DNA of 64,000 bases, from positions 64,001 to 128,000 of the IMG/VR virus record IMGVR_UViG_3300031754_000001, one strand, 5' to 3'. Shown piece by piece: positions 28,554 to 37,752 of this stretch. The translations under genes and the position numbers were made by a program. How positions within the stretch are numbered: position 1 is the stretch's first letter; each line of letters begins with the position of its first letter. Below the pieces are notes generated by a model. The model saw nothing but the letters and a program-made list of their open reading frames with translations, had not been told where the DNA came from and searched no databases. The stretch comes from a virus.

Positions 28554-28780
28554 GACACGACCGTCCTCTCCTCGCAGAACCGGGACCGGCCGCTGAACTC
28601 GCGGATCTTGCGCATGTCCTCTTCCGAGGCGTACCACTCCGTGGCACCCGGATTAGTCAGCCAGCGCAAAACCGCGGATCCGTCGCTGAATACACAGGCC
28701 TCGGCCACGATCCCGGTAGGCCTGGTGACCTCTGACGGGCCGGGCACCTCACGTACCAGGCTGAGGATGCGGGCAGTCAT
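28550..28780 (-). CDS. Conserved-type actinophage hypothetical protein
   Basis: GIVAEACVFSDGSAVLRW pattern recalled from common actinophage small proteins. Confidence 0.65.
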   Translation of the reverse strand: MTARILSLVREVPGPSEVTRPTGIVAEACVFSDGSAVLRWLTNPGATEWYASEEDMRKIREFSGRSRFCEERTVVS

Positions 28781-29247
28781 GGCGCGATCCAGCGGATGCG
28801 CGGATGCCTGGCGTCGCCGTGATCCGCCGCTGCCTGGTTCTGGTGCGACAGGTCGTGGCTCACGTGCAGGAACTGCAGCCTGGCCGTAATGGACTGCCGG
28901 GCATCCCCGGAGTAGGGAGCCGTGTCCAGCAGGTAGAGCAGGCTGTTCCGGCAGAACCGGCAGGACCGCAGGCAGTTCCCGGTCCGGTAATCGGCCAGGG
29001 ACTGCTCAGCCACGACCGCGACCAGGATGTCCAGAACTTCCGCGGGCGGAGTGCGGACTTCCGGCCGGGATGCCGGAGAGCCGAGGATGGCCACCTCTGC
29101 CAGGATCTCCTGGATGTCCGGCTCATCATCGGGCCGCAGCCGGAAATGGATGGCGACCTGTTTCGCGGTCAGGGGCTCGGCCATGTTCAGCCGGATGAAG
29201 TCCCTGATCCTGCGGCGGGTGGAGTAGTCCAGGCCATGCCTGCTCAC
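28777..29247 (-). CDS. Hypothetical protein, N-terminal HTH-like and CxxxCxxC
   Basis: PLTAKQVAIHFRL; GTG start with GTGA overlap. Confidence 0.55.
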   Translation of the reverse strand: MSRHGLDYSTRRRIRDFIRLNMAEPLTAKQVAIHFRLRPDDEPDIQEILAEVAILGSPASRPEVRTPPAEVLDILVAVVAEQSLADYRTGNCLRSCRFCRNSLLYLLDTAPYSGDARQSITARLQFLHVSHDLSHQNQAAADHGDARHPRIRWIAP

Positions 29248-29810
29248 AGCAGCGTCCCGTCGCCCAGCACCGGCTCGTCGGCGAACAGCTCGCCGGCCAT
29301 CAAGACCGTGATGTAGTCGATGACGTCCAGCCGGGTGATCCGCGAGCCTTCCGGCCGGATCTCCCAGATGCTCATGTCGCGCTTGTACTGGCGGTGCCGG
29401 CCGCGCTCCATGAAGATGCCCTGCGCGCCCGTGTAGGTGGTGCGGACGGAGCCGCAGGTGCGCCCGGAGCCGTCCTCGTCGCGGGTGCAGGTCTCGGTGA
29501 TCAGGAACGCGCCCTCCTGCTCCGGGGCCAGCACCGCCCGCCATCCCCGCGGCCGGCCGCGGCCCGGGATGAGAACCGGCCAGGTATGCCCGTAAGCCAG
29601 GCAGAGCAGCTGCTGCAGGGTCAGCTTGTCCAGGTAGGCGACGACGGCCGCGCCGAGCCGGGCGGTCAGCATCTTGCGGGTGGGCAGCCTGGTCTTGCGG
29701 CCCTTGCGGCGGGGCGTGCTCCCGGCCGCGGTGACCCGGGGCTCGGTGACCTTATCCGTTTCCGCGATGGCCCTGGCGATCTTATCCCTGGCGGACGTGG
29801 CTGATGCCAT
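29244..29810 (-). CDS. Hypothetical protein
   Basis: CAGGAG RBS; first gene after a promoter-like intergenic region. Confidence 0.65.
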   Translation of the reverse strand: MASATSARDKIARAIAETDKVTEPRVTAAGSTPRRKGRKTRLPTRKMLTARLGAAVVAYLDKLTLQQLLCLAYGHTWPVLIPGRGRPRGWRAVLAPEQEGAFLITETCTRDEDGSGRTCGSVRTTYTGAQGIFMERGRHRQYKRDMSIWEIRPEGSRITRLDVIDYITVLMAGELFADEPVLGDGTLL

Positions 29811-29983
29811 CAGTTTTCTCCTGGTCTCGGTCTGGGATCTTTGGTATACGCTGTCCTATGCAGTCTACAAGACGCATGAACCAAGCTATCTATTCCTGCG
29901 GGTCACAGCAAGGCTGGCCTTCCGGCACTGCGAGCACGGATTGCGGTCCGGCGCATTCGGCCGGAAAGGCCAGGTGCTCACGG

Positions 29984-30532
29984 TTACATCGCCACGACCG
30001 GCTTGACAGCCCCGCGGAAAGCCGGGTCGTTCTCCGCGGCCTCGGCCAGCAGCTCGCGCATCGGCCCGGACACCGCCGCGCTAGACCCGCCGCCGGCCCC
30101 GCGGTGCCGGGCCACGGTAAGCCGCCGGATCACCGCGTCGTGAGTGGGCAGCGACCAGACCGTGTACTGCGGGTACTCGGTGATCACCTCCGCCGGGATA
30201 CGGCGCCGGGATTCCTCCAGCGTCATGGGCGGGCACTGCTCGCGGCCGGGCCGGGACGGCAGGACCCCGCAGTAGACCGTCTTCTCCGGCAGCTCATCCC
30301 GCGAGGTCCGGACCGGCTTGCGGACATGGGCAGCCCCGCCGGGCGCGTGCCACACCGTGCTGATGCTGGCCTGGACGAAGATGTACGTGCCGTCCGCCTT
30401 GCGGTAGAGGCTGGCGTCCATCCACCGGGCACGCTGCCGGTCTTTCGGGTCCAGCCTGGTGCTGACCGGCCCGGCGATGCGCTCTCCCTCGAACTCGTAC
30501 ACCACGGATTCGTCTTCGATGCGCACCTTCAT
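29984..30532 (-). CDS. Hypothetical protein (182 aa)
   Basis: Start refined to MKVRIED after a GGAG RBS; the upstream part of the 511-aa track ORF is a shadow of + strand genes. Confidence 0.65.
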   Translation of the reverse strand: MKVRIEDESVVYEFEGERIAGPVSTRLDPKDRQRARWMDASLYRKADGTYIFVQASISTVWHAPGGAAHVRKPVRTSRDELPEKTVYCGVLPSRPGREQCPPMTLEESRRRIPAEVITEYPQYTVWSLPTHDAVIRRLTVARHRGAGGGSSAAVSGPMRELLAEAAENDPAFRGAVKPVVAM

Positions 30533-30539
30533 GTCGTCG

Positions 30540-30637
30540 TTCTCCGTCTCTCCTGATCGTCGGCCTGCATCTGACAGCGTACCGGCGGCCGGGTTATCCT
30601 GGCAGGGCAGCACACGACCGACGATCAGGAGACCACG
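30540..30637. promoter_or_regulatory. Divergent promoter region (accessory arm vs replication arm)
   Basis: Strand switch; -10-like TATCCT on + (~30595) and TACGCT on - (~30578). Confidence 0.5.
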
Positions 30638-31018
30638 ATGAACGCGCACCCCGGCGGCATGCCCGTACCCCCGCAGCAGGCGCAGGAGCCAGCCCGGCTG
30701 GCGGTGACGCCCGTGCCCGGCAGCCTGCTGGATGACCTGCTCGGCCAGGAAGACGCCGCCGAGGCCGCCGCGCGGGAAGCCGCCGACCGGCTCCGGTCGC
30801 TGCGGGACCGGATCAAGGCCGAGCTGACCCAGGCCCATCCCGGCGTCGCGAAATTCGACATCGCGGGCACCCCGCACCGGCCGGCGAAAAGCATGACCTG
30901 GGTGGATACCGTCCGCCTGGACACCCGGGCGATGAAGGAGCGGGAGCCGGAAACCTACGTCCGGTACGCTGTCTTCGGCGGGCGGTGGGAACTGCGCACG
31001 GCCCGGGGCGGACTGTGA
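30638..31018 (+). CDS. Hypothetical protein at the start of the recombination/replication module
   Basis: CAGGAG RBS; coiled coil followed by RLDTRAMKEREPETYVRY. Confidence 0.65.
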   Translation: MNAHPGGMPVPPQQAQEPARLAVTPVPGSLLDDLLGQEDAAEAAAREAADRLRSLRDRIKAELTQAHPGVAKFDIAGTPHRPAKSMTWVDTVRLDTRAMKEREPETYVRYAVFGGRWELRTARGGL

Positions 31019-31206
31019 TGAGCGCCCGCCGGGGCGGCATTCCCGGTCGCCGCTGGTCTGACCCGGAACCCTGCGGCACGCCCGCGGCTTACCGGCGGCA
31101 CCTCCGGCACGGCGAGAATACCTGCCGGTCCTGCCGCCAGGCCGAGCAGCGCCGCCAGGCCGGACGGCCGAGGCCGCGGCGCCGGGCGCAGGAGCTGGCC
31201 GCGTGA
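31018..31206 (+). CDS. Small zinc-binding protein (CGT..AY.RH..E..C..C)
   Basis: Motif CGTPAAYRRHLRHGENTCRSC. Confidence 0.6.
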   Translation: MSARRGGIPGRRWSDPEPCGTPAAYRRHLRHGENTCRSCRQAEQRRQAGRPRPRRRAQELAA

Positions 31207-31430
31207 ACCGGGAACTGATGCCCTGCGGGACGCCGGGGGCGTACCGGCGGCACCAGCGCCGCCACGAGAAGATCTGCCGGGCGTGCAAGGACTGGTACAA
31301 CGCGAGCCGGCCGCGGACCCGGAAGGACGGAACCGGCCACTTGGTCCTGCTTCCCGGCGTCATCGAGCCCGCCGGGCTGTGCGACTGCCCGCTGAACGAG
31401 GCGCACTGGGCCGGCCAGGAGGCGTCATGA
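31203..31430 (+). CDS. Paralogous small zinc-binding protein
   Basis: CGTPGAYRRHQRRHEKICRAC; tandem paralogue of the previous gene. Confidence 0.6.
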   Translation: MNRELMPCGTPGAYRRHQRRHEKICRACKDWYNASRPRTRKDGTGHLVLLPGVIEPAGLCDCPLNEAHWAGQEAS

Positions 31431-31615
31431 TCCCCGGCTGGCTGGGCTGGGGAATCGCCCTGTTTGCCGCGGGCCTCACTGCCGCCTGCCTGCTCCTGCC
31501 CCCGCTCCTGCGCCGCCATCCGGTCCTGGCGTGGCCGGAGGACTGGCGGGTGGCATGGCGGCTGCGGCGGGGCCGCCGGGGAATGTCAGACCCCGGTGAT
31601 AGGCATGAGTCATGA
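31427..31615 (+). CDS. Small membrane protein
   Basis: One TM helix; 4-bp overlaps on both sides. Confidence 0.5.
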   Translation: MIPGWLGWGIALFAAGLTAACLLLPPLLRRHPVLAWPEDWRVAWRLRRGRRGMSDPGDRHES

Positions 31616-32436
31616 CGACTCCCCAGACCATGACCGCGGCTGCTTTCATGGGCACCGTGCCGGCGATGTCCGGCGGCAATACCCCGTTCGCCGCCCGGTA
31701 CGCCCGCGAGCTGCGCGACGTGATCCTCCGCCAGGCAAGCCGCCAGCCCCGGAACCTGCAAGTGCACCTCGGCCCATCCGAAATCGGGTCCGAATGCGAT
31801 CGCCAGGTGGTCGGCAAGTTCGCCGGCGAGCCGCACACCAACCACGTTGGTGACCCGTGGGCCTCGATCGTGGGGACCGCAGTGCACGCCTGGCTGGCTG
31901 AGAAGTTCGGCCTGGAGAACAGCCTGAACGGGTACCTTCGCTGGATTACCGAACGGCAAGTCGCCCCGCACCCGGCTTACCCTGGGCACGCTGACCTGTA
32001 TGACGGGATCGAGGAAGCCGTCGTTGACTGGAAGATCCTCGGCCCGACGTCGATGGCCAAGGTAATGTCCCCGGCTGGCCCGTCGCGGCGTTACCAGGTG
32101 CAGCTGCTGCTGTACGCGGCCGGCTACCGGAACCTGGGTGCCCCGGTAAAACGAGTAGTCCTGGCCGCGCTGCCCCGGACATCTCCCACCCTGGATTCCA
32201 TGTACTGCTGGGAGCACCTGTGCTCGCCCGCGGACGACCAGCTCATCGCCGGCGTCCTGGACGAGACCGCGTTCCGCCGGGAGCTGGCTCGGCATGTCCT
32301 AGCAGGTCAGATCAATATCGGCGATGTTCCCGTTACCCCCGGTGATGAGTGCATATGGTGCCCCTTCTACCGCCCGGAATCAGCCCGGGACGGTGCCCCC
32401 GGCTGCCCCGGCCACTCGCCGAGGATAGCCGGATGA
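31612..32436 (+). CDS. Cas4-like / PD-(D/E)XK exonuclease
   Basis: GPSEIG.EC, GTAVH, ADLYD..VVDWK, QLLLY, C..CPF...C Fe-S-type cysteines. Confidence 0.85.
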   Translation: MTTPQTMTAAAFMGTVPAMSGGNTPFAARYARELRDVILRQASRQPRNLQVHLGPSEIGSECDRQVVGKFAGEPHTNHVGDPWASIVGTAVHAWLAEKFGLENSLNGYLRWITERQVAPHPAYPGHADLYDGIEEAVVDWKILGPTSMAKVMSPAGPSRRYQVQLLLYAAGYRNLGAPVKRVVLAALPRTSPTLDSMYCWEHLCSPADDQLIAGVLDETAFRRELARHVLAGQINIGDVPVTPGDECIWCPFYRPESARDGAPGCPGHSPRIAG

Positions 32437-32570
32437 CGGCACATTGCCTGTCTCATGCCGTCTCGTGCTGTCTGAAATAACACATCAGTGGTGTAATGTG
32501 GGAACCCCCGGGTGCCACTGGCGCAGGGGCGACATTTCCAGTCTCAGTTCCCAGTCCGCAGGAGGAGCAC

Positions 32571-33731
32571 ATGACTTACCCCCAGCAGGGTTACGGCCAG
32601 GGCTACGACCCGGCCCAGCCTGGCTACGGCCCGGGTCCGGGCTACGGTCAGCCAGGCCCGGGTTACGCCCAGCCGCCCGCCCAGGGCTATGCCCAGCCAG
32701 CCCAGGGCTACGGGGCACCCCCGAACCAGGGCTACGGTCCCGGTTACGGGGTGCCCCAGGGTCCGCCGCCGCCCCGCGGCACCGTCACCGGTTTCTTCAG
32801 CCAGCCGGCCGCGTCCGGCGCGTCCCTGGCAAAGTTCTTCCAGAACCCCGGGCAGCAGATCGCCGGGATCGTCGCCCGCCCCATCACCGACGCCGACATC
32901 CGCGTGCAGACCAACATGCAGTCCGGTCAGGTGCAGACCTGGCGGGACGGCAACGCCAAGTTCCACATGGTCGTCCCGCTCCTGGTGCAGCAGAGCCAGC
33001 TGTTCCCCGAGGGCAAGGCCGCCTGGTACGTCAAGGGCCAGGCGAAGGAGGAGCTGGCCAGGGCGATGGCCGAGGCCGGCGTCCCGCTCGGCGAGGACGG
33101 CCTGCCGCAGCCGCCAGAGATGGGGGCCTGGATCCAGATCACCTTCACCGGCCTGCGCCAGATCCCGGGCATGAACGCGGCCAAGCAGTTCGCCGTGGTC
33201 TACCGCCGCCCGGATGCCCGCGCGAACGGGCAGCACCCGGCCCAGGGGCAGGCCCTGCAGCAGGCAACCGCCCCGGAGATGTCTCAGCTGGCCCAGCAGC
33301 AGTTCGCCCAGGCCGGAGTCCCGCAAGGCTACCAGGACCGGGGAGCCCCGGGGAACTGGGACAGCCCGCAATACGAGTACCAGGTCCCGCCGCAAAACCA
33401 GCCAGGTCCGTCCCAGGGTCAAGGCTGGCAGCCGGCCGCTACCGGTTTCAGCGGGCAGCCGCTCGGCCAGGCTCCGCAAGATCCCGGTCAGCCGGCTTAC
33501 CAGCAGCCCCCGGTCCAGGGGCAGGGAATGCAAGGTCCCGCCGCGCAGGTGGCCCAGGCTACCCAGGCCGCCACCCAGGCCGCCCAGCAGTACCAGCCGG
33601 CTTACCAGCAGCCCGCCGGCCAGGGCTGGCAGGGTCCGCCGCAGGGCGCTGACCCGGCGCAGATGTCACCCGAGCGGCAGGCACTGCTGGCCCGGCTGAC
33701 CCAGCAGGGCGCGCCACCGCAGCCGCAGTAG
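32571..33731 (+). CDS. Putative ssDNA-binding protein with Q/G/P/Y low-complexity tails
   Basis: Core ..WRDG.AK..MVV..YVKG..G.WIQITFTG..G.NAAKQF next to the exonuclease, as in actinophage recombination modules; GGAGGAG RBS. Confidence 0.6.
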   Translation: MTYPQQGYGQGYDPAQPGYGPGPGYGQPGPGYAQPPAQGYAQPAQGYGAPPNQGYGPGYGVPQGPPPPRGTVTGFFSQPAASGASLAKFFQNPGQQIAGIVARPITDADIRVQTNMQSGQVQTWRDGNAKFHMVVPLLVQQSQLFPEGKAAWYVKGQAKEELARAMAEAGVPLGEDGLPQPPEMGAWIQITFTGLRQIPGMNAAKQFAVVYRRPDARANGQHPAQGQALQQATAPEMSQLAQQQFAQAGVPQGYQDRGAPGNWDSPQYEYQVPPQNQPGPSQGQGWQPAATGFSGQPLGQAPQDPGQPAYQQPPVQGQGMQGPAAQVAQATQAATQAAQQYQPAYQQPAGQGWQGPPQGADPAQMSPERQALLARLTQQGAPPQPQ

Positions 33732-33740
33732 CAGGCCCGC

Positions 33741-33783
33741 GCTCCGGCCGGGGTCGCGGGTCATCCCGTGCCCCGGCCGGAGC
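33741..33783 (+). terminator. Strong hairpin after the SSB-like gene
   Basis: GCTCCGGCCGGGG / CCCCGGCCGGAGC 13-bp inverted repeat with an inner stem. Confidence 0.55.
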
Positions 33784-33837
33784 CATCTTCATACCCGCGA
33801 GTAACCCCGTGAGCCACTGCCAGCATCCGGAGTCCTG

Positions 33838-34447
33838 ATGGCGATCACTATTCCCCCCTGTGGCTCTCACTGCGGGATCACCGGCCCCCGCGAAGGCCAC
33901 TGCGATTGCGAGCTGTGCCACGACGGCATGGCGCCTATCGTCATCACCCGCGGCGACCTGCTGACTATCGTGCCGCGGCAGCCGATGTGCGGTCGCTGGT
34001 ACGAGCGCGCCGGAGAGTACCGTCCCTGGATGACCGGGAGCGACCCCGGCTGCCGGTGCGGGGTATCACCGCACGCGCTGCCGTACCAGCACGGCGGGCA
34101 CTGCCCGGTCCGCCAGGACTACGACCGGAAGCGGCTGGGAGACCCGGACGGCGGATGGTGCCCGTGATCTGCGAGACCTGCCCGAAATACGTCAACGTCG
34201 CCCTGTACCGCTGCCCTCACTGCGATCTGCTCTTGTGCCCGCGCTGCCGCAGGTGGTTCACTCCGCCTGCCCGGATCAGGGGCGCAGCATGATCATTCCC
34301 TGCCCGGAATGCCCGAAGGTGTTCGAGGTCAGCGACGCGGACCCGGATGCCACGCTGTCCGACCTGTGGGAACACCTGTACGAGCACGCCCCGGACCACG
34401 ACCGGCGGAAGCAGCTGTTCATCAAGGCCCAGGAGCAGGCGGCATGA
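33838..34447 (+). CDS. Three small Cys/His-rich proteins (33838-34167, 34164-34292, 34289-34447)
   Basis: CxxC/HxxC motifs; chained GTGA/ATGA overlaps. Confidence 0.55.
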
Positions 34448-36282
34448 CGGCCCTTCAGTTCACGCCCCGGAACCAGTGGCAGCCGGCCGCCCCCGCCACA
34501 GTGTTCGGCGAGCTGACCGCGGACGGCACCCAGATCGTCCTGATCGGCCAGGGCAGTGACTGGGACCTGGACCAGATCGCCGCGCGGTTGCGGATGCTGA
34601 CCGCGAATCCCGTGCTGGTACGCGACGCGGACGGCCGGGATACCGACGCCATGCTCGTACCCGCCAGCTGGGCGAGCGTGGTCCAGCTCGGCTTCTCGTT
34701 CAACGGCTTCCCCGGGTTCGCCTGGCTGCCGCAACCCCGGCTGAACGAGTGGATCATCGCCGAGACGGTCCGCCGGACCTCCCCGGTGCCGCCGCTGCCG
34801 GACGATCTCTGGCCGCCGTGGCTGGAACCGCGCCCGTACCAGCTGGACGGCGCCGCGCAGATCGCGGCCGAGGGGAAATTCCTGCTCCTGGACGATCCGG
34901 GCGTCGGGAAAACTATTTCAGCGATCCTCGGCCTGCTGGGACGCCAGCACGCGGGACACGAGATCTTCCCGCTGGTCATCGTCGTCCCGTCCTGGGAGGT
35001 CGGCCGGGCCTGGGCCGATGAGATCGCCGCGTGGGCACCGGGCTGGCCGGAACCGGTCATGCACAAGGGGCCGGACCGGTTCGGCAAGATCACCCGCAAG
35101 CGCGGCCAGCCGCCCGGTGACTCGGTGTTCATCACCACCTACGCCACCCTGCGGGCCGACGCCGCCAGCATGCGCGGCCCGCTAGTCCGGCTGGCGCCCG
35201 CCGCGATGGTAGCCGATGAGTTCCACCTGGCTAAGAACCCCCGGGCTCAGCAGAGCCTCGCGCTGCAGCGAGTCGCCCGGCAGGCCGGCACGTTCGTGGC
35301 CCTGTCCGGCACGCCCATTACCTACGACACAGGTGATGTGCAACCGGTGATGGAGGCTGCCTGGCCGGATGACTGGCCGAGCAAGAAACGGATGACCTCG
35401 CGGTACTGCGCGCGAATCGAAGAGGAGTACGGCGAGCGCATCGTGGGCCTGAACCCGGCTGCCGCGCCGGAATTCTTCGCGATCATGGACCGGAACATGC
35501 GCCGGGTCGCCAAGGCCGACGTGCTGCCCTGGCTGCCGCCGAAAATCTGGTCGGTGCGCCGCCCGGACATCCCGGATGAGTGGATGAAAGCGTACCGGAC
35601 TATGGAGGAGGACATGCTGGCGCAGCTGCCGGACGGCTCCGAGCTGCCGGTGATGTCCGTCCTGGTCAAGATGATGCGGCTGAGCCAGCTCGCGTCCTGC
35701 GCGGCCGACGTGGAGCGCACCGAGGAATGGGACGAGAACCTGCAGGCGGTCGTGCCGAAGTACGCGGTCACGCTGAAGCCGCCCAGCTGGAAGGCGGACT
35801 CGCTGCTGGAAGTCATGGCCGAACGGCCCGGGGCACCCGTCGTCGCGTTCACCGCGTCCCGCCAGCTGGCCATGATCACCGGGCAGGCGTGCGAGCAGGC
35901 GGGGCACCGGACCGGGTACATCACCGGGATCGGCGACGGCATCACCAGCAGAACCCGGCAGAAGGCGATCGATGACTTCCAGGCCGGCAAGCTGGACGTG
36001 ATCGTGGCCACCGCCAAGGCCGGCGGCACCGGGATCACGCTCACCCGCGCGGGCACCGCAGTGTTCCTGCAGCGGAACTGGGAGCTGTCCGCCGGGGTCC
36101 AGCCGGAAGACCGGCTTCATCGCATCGGCCAGGAGCACGAGTCCGTGGAGATCATCGACATTGTGGCCGAAAACACGGTCGAAAGCAGGGTAAGGCAGCG
36201 ACTCAGGGAGAAGGCGGGCATGCTGGGTGAGCTAGTACGAGACCGGCGTATCGTGACTGAACTTCTCGGGGGGATCAGGTGA
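34444..36282 (+). CDS. SNF2-family (SF2) helicase
   Basis: RPYQ, DDPGVGKT, DEFH, LSGTP, GGTGITLT, QPEDRLHRIGQ. Confidence 0.9.
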   Translation: MTALQFTPRNQWQPAAPATVFGELTADGTQIVLIGQGSDWDLDQIAARLRMLTANPVLVRDADGRDTDAMLVPASWASVVQLGFSFNGFPGFAWLPQPRLNEWIIAETVRRTSPVPPLPDDLWPPWLEPRPYQLDGAAQIAAEGKFLLLDDPGVGKTISAILGLLGRQHAGHEIFPLVIVVPSWEVGRAWADEIAAWAPGWPEPVMHKGPDRFGKITRKRGQPPGDSVFITTYATLRADAASMRGPLVRLAPAAMVADEFHLAKNPRAQQSLALQRVARQAGTFVALSGTPITYDTGDVQPVMEAAWPDDWPSKKRMTSRYCARIEEEYGERIVGLNPAAAPEFFAIMDRNMRRVAKADVLPWLPPKIWSVRRPDIPDEWMKAYRTMEEDMLAQLPDGSELPVMSVLVKMMRLSQLASCAADVERTEEWDENLQAVVPKYAVTLKPPSWKADSLLEVMAERPGAPVVAFTASRQLAMITGQACEQAGHRTGYITGIGDGITSRTRQKAIDDFQAGKLDVIVATAKAGGTGITLTRAGTAVFLQRNWELSAGVQPEDRLHRIGQEHESVEIIDIVAENTVESRVRQRLREKAGMLGELVRDRRIVTELLGGIR

Positions 36283-36533
36283 GCCGGCAACCCCGGGACC
36301 CTATCCCGCACCTGGCCGCGCTCATCGACGGGCTGCACCGGGCAGCTCTGCAGAATAACCGGGACGGCACGCTGCTGATCCTGGCTGACCTGCTAACCGG
36401 GCCGTACGCGGCATTGCGCGGCGGCCTGCTGCTGGACGAGCCGGGCTGGGAGAACATGAGTACCAAAGACGCCATCCGCGAGGCGCTAAACGCGAAAGCA
36501 CGACAGGACCACGATCAGGAGGACACGACATGA
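36279..36533 (+). CDS. Hypothetical protein
   Basis: Overlap-coupled. Confidence 0.5.
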   Translation: MSRQPRDPIPHLAALIDGLHRAALQNNRDGTLLILADLLTGPYAALRGGLLLDEPGWENMSTKDAIREALNAKARQDHDQEDTT

Positions 36534-37096
36534 ACCAGCACACGCATTACCACGACGACCTCGCCGCCCTGCGAGAACTGGACATCACCGACGACAGGCT
36601 GGCTACCGCGGAAACCGTCCTCACCGTCATGCGGGAGTGCTTCCGGGCGGCGAGGGAACGTCAGCGGATCCGGGTCACCGAAGACGGCCAGACGATCGCC
36701 TGGATCGTCCCGGCCCAGGAGCCTGACGGACCGGACCTGGAGATCGGCAGGGATCCGGGCGGGAACACCGATTTCGGCCAGTACATCCTGCAGGCGATCC
36801 GCGCAGCCCGGGACGGCCGGCGAACCCGGATCGTCATGCACGGCACGCCCGTCGCCACGATCAGCCCGTACCGCCCGGACGGCCCGGACCTGCTGACAGC
36901 CCTCGTCTACGGCGACGGGATAGACGACCTGAAGACGGCGGCCCTGCGCAAGGCACAGCGGCTGTACGGAGACGCGGCCCCGCTGCAGATCATCCGGATC
37001 AGCACCCTGCGCACCTCATCTGGCAGCCAGGGAAAGTTCACGGCGGACATCACCGTCTGGTGCCGCCAGCTGCCCGCGGGGTGGGATGTCCCGTGA
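36530..37096 (+). CDS. Protein with two tandem Phd/YefM-like domains
   Basis: RAARERQRIRVTEDGQTIAWIVP and AIRAARDGRRTRIVMHGTPVATISP. Confidence 0.55.
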   Translation: MNQHTHYHDDLAALRELDITDDRLATAETVLTVMRECFRAARERQRIRVTEDGQTIAWIVPAQEPDGPDLEIGRDPGGNTDFGQYILQAIRAARDGRRTRIVMHGTPVATISPYRPDGPDLLTALVYGDGIDDLKTAALRKAQRLYGDAAPLQIIRISTLRTSSGSQGKFTADITVWCRQLPAGWDVP

Positions 37097-37752
37097 ACGG
37101 GACCGATACCATCATCGAGCTGACCAGGCGCGGGTACGGGAGCCTCATCGCCGCCGACGCGATACGCCAGGCCGCCGCGAGCGAGAACGGGACCTTCTCG
37201 CTGGACCGGCACCGGGTGTCCGTGGACGCGAACGGGAACTGGGCGATCACGCCGCTGCCATGGCCCGAGGGCGCGGCGCGGCTGCCGTCACAGGCAATCT
37301 GGCGCAGCAGCCATGGCGCGACAGCCCTCATCCCGCCGCCTCACGTCCATGATGATGACGGCACGGCAGAGGGCTGCCCCGGCTGCTTCACCGATCCCGC
37401 CGGGCTGGCCGACGTCCTGCACGTCATCGAGGCGGTCGACGCGTACCTGGATGACGCCGGCCCGCAGTGGGCGAAGGATTGCCCGGAGGCGAATATGCAG
37501 CGCCGGATCGGCAAGGCCCAGCTGGAAGCGGCTGAGGCCATGGAGGAACTGAGCCTGCTTACCGGGGAGAACCCGCGCAAGGGCCGGCACCCCGAGGCCC
37601 GGGAGCGGATGCTGGGCGAGCTGGGCGATACCGCGTGCGCCGCGCTGCTCGGCATCCAGTCGGTCACCAAGGACACAGGCGCCACCTGGACGGTCTTCCT
37701 GGAGGCCCTGGAGAAGGCCTGGAGCCGGGTGCCGCCGGAGGCCCGGCTGTGA
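37093..37752 (+). CDS. MazG-like nucleotide pyrophosphohydrolase (C-terminal) fused to an unknown N-terminal domain
   Basis: K..LEAAEA....TGENPRKG....ELGD..AAL, typical of actinobacterial MazG-like proteins. Confidence 0.65.
   Translation: MNGTDTIIELTRRGYGSLIAADAIRQAAASENGTFSLDRHRVSVDANGNWAITPLPWPEGAARLPSQAIWRSSHGATALIPPPHVHDDDGTAEGCPGCFTDPAGLADVLHVIEAVDAYLDDAGPQWAKDCPEANMQRRIGKAQLEAAEAMEELSLLTGENPRKGRHPEARERMLGELGDTACAALLGIQSVTKDTGATWTVFLEALEKAWSRVPPEARL

Noticed and set aside
31612-32436. Cas4-like gene as evidence for a CRISPR-Cas system
   Set aside because: No cas1/cas2 and no repeat-spacer array seen; solo Cas4-like nucleases are routine in actinophage recombination modules.
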